Source: Octopus sinensis | Taxonomy: Eukaryota | Direction of reading: 5' to 3' | Assembly: GCF_006345805.1 (NCBI RefSeq) | Contig: NW_021832705.1 | Coordinates: 1 to 29,103, forward strand | Length of the DNA: 29,103 nucleotides | Part shown: positions 9,719 to 20,874 of the stretch, one piece after another | How the letters are laid out: each line of letters begins with the position of its first letter | Position numbering within the stretch: the stretch's first letter is position 1 | Program-made: the position numbers and the translations under genes | The notes under the pieces: model-generated | What the model was told of the DNA's origin: nothing | The model's database searches: none | The model's input: only the letters and a program-made list of their open reading frames with translations

Positions 9719-12664
9719 ATGTTGGGCAGGACACCAGTTGCGCTCCAGACGTTATCGAATTCGTATGATAAATTAAAAAAAGATACAGATTCGTTTCTAA
9801 AGAAGTTTAAAAAGTTTAAGAAGTCGAATCCGGACGTGAAGGAGTCGGAGAATGTTTTGGCGTTGAGCGAAGAATGTAAAAGTTTAGCGAACGAGTTGGA
9901 AGGTCTAACGAAGGAAATTGATTTACTTGAAAATAAGGATCCGAAACAACAGAAGAATTTCGATTCCAAGAAAAAGAGCCTTCTGAAAAAAGTGGCCACC
10001 CAACAGAAACTAGTATCAGATGCTTACGATGTTATTGTTCAACAAACAGCATCAGAAGAAAACGAAGGAAACAAAAACGGTGAAAGTACCAAAGATACAG
10101 ATTCAGTGGGAAAGGCGGCAGCGAAAAGCACCACAACAAAGAAGAAGCAAAAGGAGATTTCTGAGAAGCAAAATCGATCGAAGAAAGAAAACAATAATAA
10201 CAGTAGTAAGAAAGGTTCCCAGTCTGGAAGCAGCATTTCAGGAAATATTCTAGGAAATCATGAAAAAGAAATAAACGAAGATATATCTGAAAATGTGGAC
10301 GAGCTTGATGAAAGCGATGATGATGATGACGACGACGACGATGAAGACGATGACGATGATGATGATGACAATGAAGAGGATGATGATGACGAAGAGGAAG
10401 AAGAGGGTGCAACTAGTACTACTGGTGCTGCTAGTACTAGTGCCACTGCTAGCTCGAGTGGCCCAGCTAGTAGTACCAGTGTTGCAGTTACAGAGAATGA
10501 CGATGTTAGTAAGGTAAAGTCTTTTACAAGTAGCCATTCTTCTTCGAAATCCAAGTCGAAAATTTTGAAACAGAAATCAGACTCTGAGAAAAGCCCCACT
10601 CAAGTTGTTCCCACGCCAGATCCTCATGAGGGACCAGCAGCAGCGACAACAACAACAACAACCACAGAAAGTCAAAGTTCGGTGACCAACCAGAAGAAGA
10701 AAGGTTTGAAATCAAAGTTAATAGCCGACATGAAATCAGTTTTGAAACATAATCTTTGTCCTAAAGAGAAATTACCTCCAAAAACTAAGGAACCCTTGGA
10801 AGAGGAAGATGAAGGAAAGAAGGAGGAAGAGGAAGAGGAGTCAGATGAAGAAGAGGTGGAGGAGGAGTCTGATGAATATGAGGCAGAAGAGGAGAAGGAG
10901 GACGTGGGTAAAGTGGATGAGGAAGAAGGGGATTCTACAAATGAGGAAGATGATGATGATGATGAGGAGGAATCTGAGTCTGATGAAGAAGTAGAACTTC
11001 CTACTAAGTATTTTGTTGCATTATCAAACTATGAGAAAGAAGAGACGAATGATTTAAGTTTTAAGAAAGGTGAAGTCTTGAAAATCGTGCAGGCCCATCG
11101 AAATGGTTGGTGGCTTGCTGAAAATAAGGATGGTTTTCGAGGCCTGGTGCCCAGCACCTATCTGCAGATGAGGTCTACTACTGATGTCGATGATGATGAT
11201 GAGGAGGAGGAGGATAGCACTGAAGAATCGGCAAAAGATGAAGGAGAAAGTGACAGTGATGATAACTTTGAGGAAGAAGAAGAAGAGAAAGAAAAAGAAA
11301 ATGAAGAAGACTCAGATATGGATGAGGATGTGAAAGTGGACAGCGGAGGAGATAAACCGAAAATTCGTTCTGCTAAACAACTTTGGCAAACTATCAAAGA
11401 ATCGATTCAAGAACAATCCATTGTTGATGTTCTTCAAGCAAAAGGCACTGTGCCATCTGGTTTCAGACCTTCTACTCTGAGTAGTTTATGGGCTGCCAAC
11501 TCGGAGTATCGCATGGAGAAAGCACTTCATCCGTCCTTGAGTAAAACTGCAATGGGCTATACAGATTTGTTTTACTCTCCTTCAGACAAACATATTTGTC
11601 CTTACAGTGTAAATATATTAAAAATTGGGAGTATTCAGTCTTGCCGGAACATTCCACAAACAGGTCCGGGTATCGATGTCCAGTGTCGATGCGTACGAGT
11701 TTGTATCTTTGATGGAAAAAATGTCTTGAGTAACATACACACAATCAAAGTGCAATCAGTTGATAAATCTCAAAAGTCTTGGAGTTTTTCTTCTCGTGTC
11801 TCTGATAATATGGATGTCAGTTTACATACGGAATTCTTTGTGAGAACAAATTACTCAGGGAATCAGATAAGTTTACTGTTTGAGCTGTGTCTGTCATACA
11901 CCCAACAAGACACCCAGGAACAAGGGATATTCAGCTGTGGTTGGACTAAGCTTTTATTAAATGAAGAAACCATTACAAACCGTTCTTATGAATTGCCCCT
12001 TCATGGTGGAACTCCCTATGATAGAGGTATTCCTCTTGACTCCAGGTTTTCAAATGCAGTTGAAGAGAATTCCTTTCTTAGTCTTTTTACTGGACACCAA
12101 AAGCCAACATTAGTGGTCAAAATTTTTCCTCCCAAAAAAGAACAGAAAGATGTTTTGAACAGTTTACCTCACACCATCATTGGTAATGCATGCCTGATGC
12201 ATTTCTATGCATTGTACCGGAACATTCTGGCAAAGACTCTCCTACGAGACAGAACCGATTCAGATAACACGGAGCTGATATCCAGTTCGGTTTTGGCGTC
12301 TTTCCCTTTGGTTGCGGATCAATTCGACATGATGCAATTGCTTCGTGACACTTGGATCGAGAAACAGAAAGAGATGAGTCGAACGGCTCGACGCGACAGC
12401 AACAACCACAAGAAGATGTTTATAGATAGTTTCCTGGAGACTGTTTACCCATTTTCCCATATATTGACCCCCGGAGGGCCTGCAACAGGCATAGACACAA
12501 ACCAAAGGCAGTATGATGCCATACAGAAATTCAAAGAATTGAAATCAGAACGTGGATCTACGCTGGCCGTATTGTTGAGCGATGATTTCACTTACGAACC
12601 AATGAGACTAAATGAAGTGACATTTTCTGTTTTGAAAGATAACGAATCCGTAAGTGAGGCATGA
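9719..12664 (+). CDS. NPHP1: Nephrocystin-1 homologue, 981 aa, single uninterrupted ORF
   Basis: N-terminal coiled coil, D/E tracts, SH3 domain (11006-11167: ALSNY..DLSFKKGE..GWW..GLVPSTYL), then nephrocystin-homology domain motifs PSGFRPSTLS, RVCIFDGKNVLSNIHT, LLFELCLSY, SCGW, YELPLHGGTPY. Order and motifs match vertebrate NPHP1 as I recall it. Confidence 0.95.
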   Translation: MLGRTPVALQTLSNSYDKLKKDTDSFLKKFKKFKKSNPDVKESENVLALSEECKSLANELEGLTKEIDLLENKDPKQQKNFDSKKKSLLKKVATQQKLVSDAYDVIVQQTASEENEGNKNGESTKDTDSVGKAAAKSTTTKKKQKEISEKQNRSKKENNNNSSKKGSQSGSSISGNILGNHEKEINEDISENVDELDESDDDDDDDDDEDDDDDDDDNEEDDDDEEEEEGATSTTGAASTSATASSSGPASSTSVAVTENDDVSKVKSFTSSHSSSKSKSKILKQKSDSEKSPTQVVPTPDPHEGPAAATTTTTTTESQSSVTNQKKKGLKSKLIADMKSVLKHNLCPKEKLPPKTKEPLEEEDEGKKEEEEEESDEEEVEEESDEYEAEEEKEDVGKVDEEEGDSTNEEDDDDDEEESESDEEVELPTKYFVALSNYEKEETNDLSFKKGEVLKIVQAHRNGWWLAENKDGFRGLVPSTYLQMRSTTDVDDDDEEEEDSTEESAKDEGESDSDDNFEEEEEEKEKENEEDSDMDEDVKVDSGGDKPKIRSAKQLWQTIKESIQEQSIVDVLQAKGTVPSGFRPSTLSSLWAANSEYRMEKALHPSLSKTAMGYTDLFYSPSDKHICPYSVNILKIGSIQSCRNIPQTGPGIDVQCRCVRVCIFDGKNVLSNIHTIKVQSVDKSQKSWSFSSRVSDNMDVSLHTEFFVRTNYSGNQISLLFELCLSYTQQDTQEQGIFSCGWTKLLLNEETITNRSYELPLHGGTPYDRGIPLDSRFSNAVEENSFLSLFTGHQKPTLVVKIFPPKKEQKDVLNSLPHTIIGNACLMHFYALYRNILAKTLLRDRTDSDNTELISSSVLASFPLVADQFDMMQLLRDTWIEKQKEMSRTARRDSNNHKKMFIDSFLETVYPFSHILTPGGPATGIDTNQRQYDAIQKFKELKSERGSTLAVLLSDDFTYEPMRLNEVTFSVLKDNESVSEA

Positions 12665-13189
12665 TTCAGAACAAAAATAAGGCAACCCCACCCCCACAAA
12701 AAAAAAAACTCACCTGTCTTTGTGAGAAAGACTAAATCTTGAAGAAAAGGTTTGATGTGTGATGAGATGAAAGAGAGATTGTTGTTTCAAGCAGGGATTC
12801 TTTGATTTATTTTCAAGTAAATTGCAACTGATGAAGGCCACCACATCACCATTGGACTACCATTTTCTAATTACTGTCAGGTAAATCTCAATGAGATTCA
12901 TTTTTGATATTGCTGCTATCAGTCAGGTAATTTTACCAGGTACTTAATTAGATTTGTGTACTTAGTGGTTGATATGTTTGTTTGAAACTGTATTGTAATG
13001 ACAGTACAGTACTAGATGTACTAAATGTATTTGTGAGTCCTGATTAGTCAATGTTACAATCTCACCTGTACATGCACACACATATTTCGAAATATAATCA
13101 AAACAAACACCTTTCATATCCAAGAATATCTAAGCACAAAAACACTATATATACGTGCGTATGTATATGTATGTATGTGTGTATATATA

Positions 13190-13552
13190 TCTTTATATAT
13201 AAAAGTAAGGTTGTGTGTCTGTCTCCTACGATTTAGATTCCTAACTACTCCCACATTTTGCGGTGCAGTTTAACCAAAACCGGGTATCTTATAGTCGTGA
13301 TTCATATCGAGCCCTTCTGGGTATTAGCGCACGTCTACGATTTAAAAAAAAATTTACCATCATTTTTTTCCATTTTAATGCATTTTTTTGCTATTATATA
13401 AGGGAAGTAACTCTCTAAAAATGTCTACGATGAGTCAACGATTTAAAAAAAAATTTACCATCATTTTTTTGCTTTTTTGGCTATAACTCTCTAAAATTGC
13501 TTATATAGTTATTTCCCTTACAAACCCGAGCAACGCCAGGTGATACTCCTAG
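13190..13552 (+). mobile_element. Non-autonomous Helitron
   Basis: Starts TC after A, ends CTAG before T; subterminal GC-rich imperfect hairpin CCCGAGCAACGCCAGG; internal direct repeat ACGATTTAAAAAAAAATTTACCATCATTTTTTT. Confidence 0.75.
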
Positions 13553-13753
13553 TATATATATAAAAAAATAAGCAGCAAGGATATCCAAGGTAGAGTAGTA
13601 CAATTGTTTCATGCTTGCTTATTTTGATTATAATCACCCCATTTGATTTATATGGATAATACCATACAAAATTCTGGTGCCTTTAACTTAAGTACCATAT
13701 TCATCTGAATCTAAATTTTGCTGAACTTATGTGTGTATATATATATATATATA

Positions 13754-13946
13754 TACTCTTTTACTTGTTTCAGTCATTTGACTGCGGCCATGCTGGAGCA
13801 CCGCCTTTAATCGAGCAACTCGACCCCGGGACTTATTCTTTTGTAAGCCCAGTACTTATTCTATCGGTCTCTTTTGCCGAACCGCTAAATAACGGGGACA
13901 TAAACACACCAGCATCGGTTGTCAAGCAATGCTAGGGGGACAAACA

Positions 13947-13999
<53 letters not shown>

Positions 14000-14069
14000 G
14001 GATAAAAACAGTTTGATTCAAATTCGTTGGTAATCTTGAGTTTCAAGCATGATGCTAGTCGTCAGCTGT

Positions 14070-14101
<32 letters not shown>

Positions 14102-14233
14102 AACAACGGGCTTCCATACAGTTTCCATCTAATTCCAGTTACTAGCACAGTAGAAGACACTTGCCCAAGGGTGCTGTGCAGTGAGGTAGAACATAAAGCC
14201 ACGTGCTTTCAAAGCCAATTATTCCCATAGCCT
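13754..14233 (-). mobile_element. SINE family A (well-preserved 3' half, internal CA/TA repeats, degenerate 5' half)
   Basis: 13754-13950 is the reverse complement of 20395-20588; GAAGACACTTGCCCAAGG near 14153-14170. Confidence 0.85.
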
Positions 14234-14320
14234 AGACTTGTATACACGTGCGTATACATAAATACACACACATACACTGGTTTTGTTTCACGTTTTTTTT
14301 TTTTATTACGAACCCACTAA

Positions 14321-14690
14321 GGTGGCAGAACCATTAGCATAGCATGGCAGGCAACATGCTTAGCGGCATTTTATTTCGGCTGCCATTACATTCTGAGTTC
14401 AAATTCCGCCGAGGTCGACTTTGCCTTTCATCCTTTCGGGGTCGATAAATTAAGTACCAGTTACGCACTGAGGTCGATGTAATCGACTTAATACCTATGT
14501 CTGTCCTTGTTTGTCCCCTCTATGTTTAGCCCCTTGTGGGTAATAAAGAAATAGGTATTTTATCCATCTTAATGATTTGAGTTCGAATTCTGCTGAAATT
14601 GACTTTGAAAGGGTGAAACCCTTTGAGGGTTGATAAAATGAATATCAGTCAAAAATTGGGGCTGATGTAATCAATCAATTAGTGCCCCAC
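14321..14690 (+). mobile_element. Young SINE B (about 14375-14556) nested in an older SINE B
   Basis: Degenerate head, well-conserved body, then a degenerate body resumes; ATTTTAT at 14368-14374 and 14557-14563. Confidence 0.8.
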
Positions 14691-15270
14691 AACATACACA
14701 CACACACATAATCATGTTGGGCTTGCTCCCTTCCCCCACCCACACCTTCGTTCTCTCCGACACACTGTGCCTTGCAATTTTGGAACAGCGCTTTCAAATT
14801 CATTGTTTACATAATATTTCCATCTCCCAGTTGAGCTGTAGAACTCCTCAAAAGGGACAGGAGTTCAAACTGCTTTCAGGGATAAACACTTTTTTGAAGG
14901 GATTTCATTGGTGATGGGCATATTATCCGCATATAAGCCAAACTCGACTGTGAGCAGTAGACTCCACAGACTTTGTTCGCAATTCTTTGTATAAATCATG
15001 AATCTGAATAACTTGTGTGTGTGAATCACTGATACTTTTTTACGATGCAGATTCACCAACAATTTAAATAAAATAACAGCTGAGGAATCTGTAACTTTTA
15101 AATAAAGAAATCTTATTCTATTGACCTCAGTGAAATATTAAAACAATTTATATAAAAATTTCCCTCATATTTTGTTCTCTTTGGATCCAATCCTTCAAAG
15201 TATTTTCAATAAAATATTTAATTTTTCTATATCAAATATATGAAGTGTATATATTTGATGCATCTATTAA

Positions 15271-15491
15271 CCCTTTCATTACCAGCCCAGCTGAAACCGG
15301 CTCTGGCTCTGAGTACAAATGCCTTGTTTTCATATGTTTCGAATTAAAATCTTCCACCAAACCTTAGTCACAATTTATGTTCCTAACACTAGCTTATTGA
15401 TAACTAAGTTGTTTTACTAAATTCTTTGTTATATTTAAAATTAATTGGAAGAAACACAGAGCATCTCAACAGAAATATGGTAACAAAACGG
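15271..15491. mobile_element. piggyBac-type MITE, copy 1
   Basis: TTAA|CCCTTTC...AAAACGG|TTAA; homologous to copy 2. Confidence 0.8.
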
Positions 15492-15522
15492 TTAAAATAT
15501 ACAATAGAAAAACAATTCTTAA

Positions 15523-15744
15523 CCCTTTCGATACCAACCTGGCTGAAACTGCCTCTGGCTCTGAGTACAAATGCCTTATTTTCATAAGTTTTGAATTAAA
15601 ATCTTCCACCAAACCTTAGTCACAATTTATGTTCCTAACACTAAGCTTAATGATAACTAAGTTATTTAACTAAATTCTTTGTTATATTTAAAATTAATTG
15701 AAAGAAACACAGAGCATCTCAAAATAAATACAGTAACGAAAGGG
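15523..15744. mobile_element. piggyBac-type MITE, copy 2
   Basis: TTAA|CCCTTTCGATAC...GTAACGAAAGGG|TTAA terminal inverted repeats with TTAA TSD. Confidence 0.85.
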
Positions 15745-16173
15745 TTAAATACCATTTTTTCAAATGATGTAAAATGCTGCCATTTTGATGGTAGAGGATG
15801 GTGGTTGTGTGTCATTGATGTGACACAACCAATCCAAAGAAGTAACTTTGAATTCGACTCAAGCATCCATCTTTTTACTTGTTTCCTTTAACCAAACTTT
15901 CCAAGGTGGTGCCAGGCTGGCCATCTGATGCTTGGTTTGTCGTGGAGGCATCAAGTGTACCTGAAACCTGATTTACAAGTGGACTTGAAAATGTGAATGG
16001 AATCACCCCACTTTTGCATCAAATTGCTCTCCTCATATTTACTCTATTGATCTCTGACTGACCTCATTCAGTTCATCTACTGCTGCTTTTTTTGGCAGTT
16101 TTCTCTTTCATTTCAGGTTCCACAATGGCATTTCTATAACTTATTCTTGACAATTTAAAAAATTACTTTCTGA

Positions 16174-16470
16174 CCAAAGGTTCTCAACTCATTTTGGCCA
16201 AAGACCCCCTTTTGACCCCTGGAGTCACAAATGGACCCTCCCACTAGAAAATAGTTTAATTTTTCAATATACTATTTATTTTGATAATGGTTAAAAAATA
16301 AAGGGCGTCATTTTACATATGCACTTGTATGCTGTCGGGGATACAGATGTACATACTGAAATGCAAAATAATGAAATAATGAATTGAAAGTTTGGTAATT
16401 GCGTTTATTTCCACCACTCAACACTTATGAGATTAATGTGTTGTTTATTGAAAGAGTGCACCCAGTCCAT
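16174..16470 (-). mobile_element. Possible decayed hAT/Charlie-type transposon end
   Basis: CCAAAGGTTCTCAAC resembles CAGGGGTTCTCAAC-type termini; minus-strand AAACAACACATTAATCTCAT resembles a decayed KQAHxSH C-terminus. Weak. Confidence 0.3.
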
Positions 16471-16717
16471 TTATTGTAGAAAAAAATATCTTGCATTCTT
16501 TTATAGCAGAGCATGCCTGCAAAAGAACTAAGTTTAAGACATGAGCACAACAATGAGCAAAGTGAACCCCAAAAACTTGTACCAACTTAGGTAAAATATT
16601 GTTGTAATATATACAAATATGCATATTAGATAACTAAATAAATAGGTGTAAATATATTGCCTTGATTTTCAAGAGGAAATTAAGTCAGCGAGGTTGTTGA
16701 ATGAAAAAACTATTTCC

Positions 16718-17110
16718 TGGACTGGAAGCACTCCGTCGGTTACGACGATGAGGGTTCCGGTTGATCCGAATCAACGGAACAGCCTGCTCGTGAAATTAAC
16801 GTGTAAGTGGCTGAGCACTCCACAGATACGTGTACCCTTAACGTAGTTCTTGGGGATATTCAGCATGACACAGAGAGTGACAAGGCCGGCCCCTTGAAAT
16901 ACAAGTACAACAGAAATAGGAAGTAAGAGTGAGAGAAAGTTGTGGTGAAAGAGTACAGCAGGGATCACCACCATCCCCTGCCGGAGCCTCGTGGAGCTTT
17001 TAGGTGTTTTCGCTCAATAAACACTCACAACGCCCGGTCTGGGAATCGAAACCGCGATCCTACGACCGCGAGTCCGCTGCCCTAACCACTGGGTCATTGC
17101 GCCTCCACAT
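16718..17110 (-). mobile_element. SINE family C (tRNA-Arg-like head), full length, 10-bp TSD
   Basis: A box TGACCCAGTGG, GCGGACTCGCGGTCGT anticodon-like arm (TCG), B box GTTTCGATTCCC; AACTATTTCC duplicated at 16708-16717 and 17111-17120. Consistent with tRNA-Arg-related octopus SINEs (OR-type), from recall. Confidence 0.92.
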
Positions 17111-17572
17111 AACTATTTCCCATACAATATATGTACAACAATAGCTAACGATAACAAATACTCTTTTCAACCATTGTTATCCTTAATATGTAGACTTGTG
17201 TCATTCAAAGAATTTGTTTAGAAATATTTCAATAGTTATTCCCGCTAATTTAATATTGAAAGCGCCAAATTTTTTATAACTTAATGAGAAATGGAAAAGC
17301 AGTGTCCTGACTGCTACAGTTGGACACAGCATGACAGATATGCTTTGTATGGAAAATGTTAATAGAGGATTTATTGATAAGATAATGAAATTATTCTGAA
17401 ATCGGAAAACTGGCTCCAAGAATCGCTCCTAAAAAAAAATTTTTTTTTAATAATAACTAAGGGAGACAACTTCTGCAAAAGTTACGGCAGTTTTGTCCCA
17501 TGGAAATAGATTTTTTTTTAGTTTTGTTTATTCTATCCAGTTAGCTAGCTAACTAACTAACCAACTAGGTAC

Positions 17573-17805
17573 TACTTAATAAATAGGGTCCAGCAAAGAT
17601 TTGCTTTACCACATACCGAAGTTTAGAAATAGCAGCCAAAAAATGTTAGCTATTTCTTCTACTTTAAAAAGGGACTCCCAGAAAAACCAAAATACTTTCT
17701 GGGAGTCCTTTTAAAGTAGAAGAAATAGCTAACATTTTTTGGCTGCTATTTCTAAACTTCGGTATGTGGTAAAGCAAATCTTTGCTGAACCCTATTTATT
17801 AAGTA
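17573..17805. mobile_element. Near-perfect palindrome (arms 17573-17684 / 17696-17805, 11-nt loop)
   Basis: One substitution and one 2-nt indel between arms of about 110 bp; TA at both ends. Confidence 0.92.
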
Positions 17806-17954
17806 TTACTTAAGTTTACCATGAAATGGTCCTTTTTTTCATGCTGAATTCTACTTGGTGAAATTATTGATTACTTCTTAATTAATTAATTTTACCCTTT
17901 GTTATTATTGGCAACCAAGTAGGTAGGTAGGTAGGTAGACAGACAGACAGACAG

Positions 17955-18110
17955 ATGTGCGTGTGTCCCTTCACCGCTTGACAACCGCCCAAAAGAGACC
18001 GATAGAATAAGTACTAGGCTTACAAAAATAAGTCCTGGGGTCGATTTGGTCGACTAAAGACAGTGCTCCAGCATGGCCACAGGCTAATGACTGAAACAAG
18101 TAAAAGAGTA
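17955..18110 (+). mobile_element. SINE family A, 3' part
   Basis: GATAGAATAAGTACTAGGC..GTGCTCCAGCATGGCCACAG..TGACTGAAACAAGTAAAAGAG. Confidence 0.85.
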
Positions 18111-18144
18111 ATGAGGGAGAATAAACATCTTACTGATTGATTTA

Positions 18145-18345
18145 AGGTGCCGAGGAAAATGCTTAGCGGCACTTCGTCCGTCATCACGTTCTGATTTCTA
18201 ATTCCGCTGAGGTTGAAATTTGCCTCTCATCCTTTTTTGAGTCGATAAAATAAGTACCAGTTTAGTATTAGGGGGGCAATGTTATGGACATATTCCCTGC
18301 CCAGAAATTGCTGGCCTTGTGCCAAAATTAGAAGCCAATATATTA
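18145..18345 (+). mobile_element. Degenerate SINE family B-related copy
   Basis: AAAATGCTTAGCGGC..GTTCTGA..AATTCCGCTGAGGTTGA..GTCGATAAAATAAGTACCAG; different tail. Confidence 0.7.
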
Positions 18346-18439
18346 TTGATTTATTTATTAATTTTTTTAAATTAAGGATTAAAATAAATGAGAAATAAAA
18401 ACGAACGAATTTATCTGACAACCCAATAGATTGAATGGC

Positions 18440-19971
18440 TATAGTAGTAGTAGTAGTTTCAGCAGCAGCAGTAGTAGTTGTAGTAGTAGTTTCAGCAGCA
18501 GCAGTAGTAGCTGTTGTAGTAGTTGTAGTAACAGCAGCAGCAGTAGTAGTAGTAGTTTCAGCAGCAGTTGTAGTAGTAGTAGTAGTAACAGCAGCAGCAG
18601 TAGTAGTAGTAACAGCAGCAGCAGTAGTAGTAGTAGTAGTTTCAGCAGCAGCAGTAGTAGTAGTAGTAACAGCAGCAGCAGTAGTAGTAGTAGTAACAGC
18701 AGTAGTAGTGGTAGTTACAGCAGCAGCAGCAGTAGTAGTAGTAGTAGTTTCAGCACAGCAGTAGTAGTAAGTAACATCAGTAAACAGCAGTAGTAGTGGT
18801 AGTTACAGCAGCAGCAGTAGTAGTAAGTAGTAGTAGTTTCAGCAGTCAGCAGTAGTAGTAGTAGTAACAGCAGCAGCAGTAGTATTAGTAGTAACAGCAG
18901 CAGCAGTAGTAGTATAGTAACAGCAGCAGCAGTAGTATAGTAGTAACAGCAGCAGGCAGTAGTAGGAACCTGCAGCCGTAGTAGTAGTAGGTGTAACCGC
19001 AGTAGTAGTGGTAGTTACAGCAGCAGCAGCAGTAGTAGTAGTAGTAGTTTCAGCAGCAGCAGTAGTAGTAGTAGTAACAGCAGTAGTAGTGGTAGTTACA
19101 GCAGCAGCAGCAGTAGTAGTAGTAGTAGTTTCAGCAGCAGCAGTAGTAGTAGTAGTAACAGCAGCAGCAGTAGTAGTAGTAGTAACAGCAGTAGTAGTGG
19201 TAGTTACAGCAGCAGCAACAGGCAGTAGTAGTAGTAGTAGTTTCAGCAGCAGCAGTAGTAGGTAGTAGTACAGCAGTAGTAGTGGTAGTTACAGCAGCAG
19301 GCAGCAGTAGTAGTAGAGTAGTTTCAGCAGCAGCAGTAGTAGTAGTAGTACACAGCAGCAGTAGTAGTAGTAGTACAGCATTAGTAGTGGTAGTTACAGC
19401 AGCAGCAGCAGTAGTAGTAGTAGTAGTTTCAGCAGCAGCAGTAGTAGTAGTATAACAGCAGCAGCAGTAGTAGTAGTATAACGCATTATTAGTGGTATTT
19501 ACAGCAGCAGCAGCAGTAGTAGTAGTAGTAGTTTCAGCAGCAGCAGTAGTAGTAGTAGTAACAGCAGCAGCAGTAGTAGTAGTAGTAACAGCAGCAGCAG
19601 TAGTAGTAGTAGTAACATCAGCAGCAGTAGTAAGTAGTAGTATTAAGTAGTCCTATCGTAGTCCCAGCAGCAGTAGTAAGTAGTAGTAGTAACAGCAGTA
19701 GTAGTGGTAGTTACAGCACAGCAGCAGTAGTAGTTAGTAGTTTCACAGCAGCAGTAGTAGTAGTAGTAACAGCAGTAGTAGTGGTAGTTACAGCAGCAGC
19801 AGCAGTAGTAGTAGTAGTAGTTTCAGCAGCAGTAGTAGTAGTAGTAGCAGCAGTAACAGCAGTAGCAGTAGTAGTAGTAACAGCAGCAGCAGTAGTAGTA
19901 GTAGTAACATCAGTAGTAGTAACAGCAGCAGTAGTAGTAGTAACAGCAGCAGTAGTAGTAGTAACAGCAGC

Positions 19972-20010
<39 letters not shown>

Positions 20011-20055
20011 TACAGCAGCAGCAGTAGTAGTAGTAGTAGTAGCAGCAGCAGCAGC
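18440..20055. repeat. Compound (TAG)n/(CAG)n array with a higher-order unit
   Basis: Alternating triplet blocks joined by TAA, TTT or GTGGTAGTTA linkers. Confidence 0.95.
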
Positions 20056-20197
20056 TAAAGAATCAGTAGCACCTGCTGCTCTGCTACTCTTGTTGTGATT
20101 GGTTGAGCCACAGATTAATCCTGATCCAGCAGAAATGTGACTAAAGACATTCCAGCCTGGCCATTCCACCTCTGACTTTTACCTTTCAAGCTATGCT

Positions 20198-20342
20198 TGG
20201 TAAGTAGCTTGTTTACCAACCACATGGTCCCGGGTTCAGTCCCACTGCGTGGCACCTTGGGCAAGTGTCTTCTGCTATAGCCTCGGGCCGACCAAAGCCT
20301 TGTGAGTGGATTTGGTAGACGGAAACTGAAAGAAGCCCGTCG

Positions 20343-20374
<32 letters not shown>

Positions 20375-20588
20375 TGTGTGTGTTTGTGTGTCTGTGTTTG
20401 TCCCCCTAGCATTGCTTGACCACCGATGCTGGTGTGTTTATGTCTCCGTTACTTAGCGGTTCAGCAAAAGAGACTGGTAGAATAAGTACTGGGCTTACAA
20501 AAGAATAAGTCCCGGGGTCGAGTTGCTCGATTAAAGGCGGTGCTCCAGCATGGCCGCAGTCAGATGACTGAAACAAGTAAAAGAGTAA
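20198..20588 (+). mobile_element. SINE family A, near full length
   Basis: B-box-like GGTTCAGTCCC, CACCTTGGGCAAGTG (CORE-like), internal (TA)n(TG)n, tail GGCGGTGCTCCAGCATGGCCGCAGTCAGATGACTGAAACAAGTAAAAGAG; several partial copies in the window. Confidence 0.92.
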
Positions 20589-20874
20589 AGTGTTTTATCC
20601 TTTATTTAAAACAGTAGGGCGTGATTTAGGGAAATTCTATTGAGTTGACTGCTATTTCTAGGAAGCCGGACGACCATGTAGACGCTCCTTCCTTGTTTCA
20701 TAGAACTGAACACCCTAACACTAATTAAGACAAGCCCTTTATGTTTGTTTGTTCTGCCGGGTTCTCCCCTCCACCCTTTTATCTCGTTCGAATCCTACTT
20801 TGCCTTTTATCCCTCCTGGGGCCGACAAAATATAGAAAACCATTCATACAATGAAAAACGTTGCAAGCCCCTGT

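Noticed and set aside
10020-12505. Alternative-frame and antisense ORFs within NPHP1
   Set aside because: Shadows of low-complexity coding sequence.
12698-12708. A11 run as the retrocopy poly(A) remnant
   Set aside because: Similar A-runs occur elsewhere in the window; no AATAAA or TSD.
17030-17107. tRNA-Arg gene
   Set aside because: It is the head of a SINE with body, tail and TSD; the cloverleaf is imperfect.
18431-20169. Poly-S, poly-V/A and mucin-like poly-T ORFs
   Set aside because: Triplet-repeat artefacts broken by indels.
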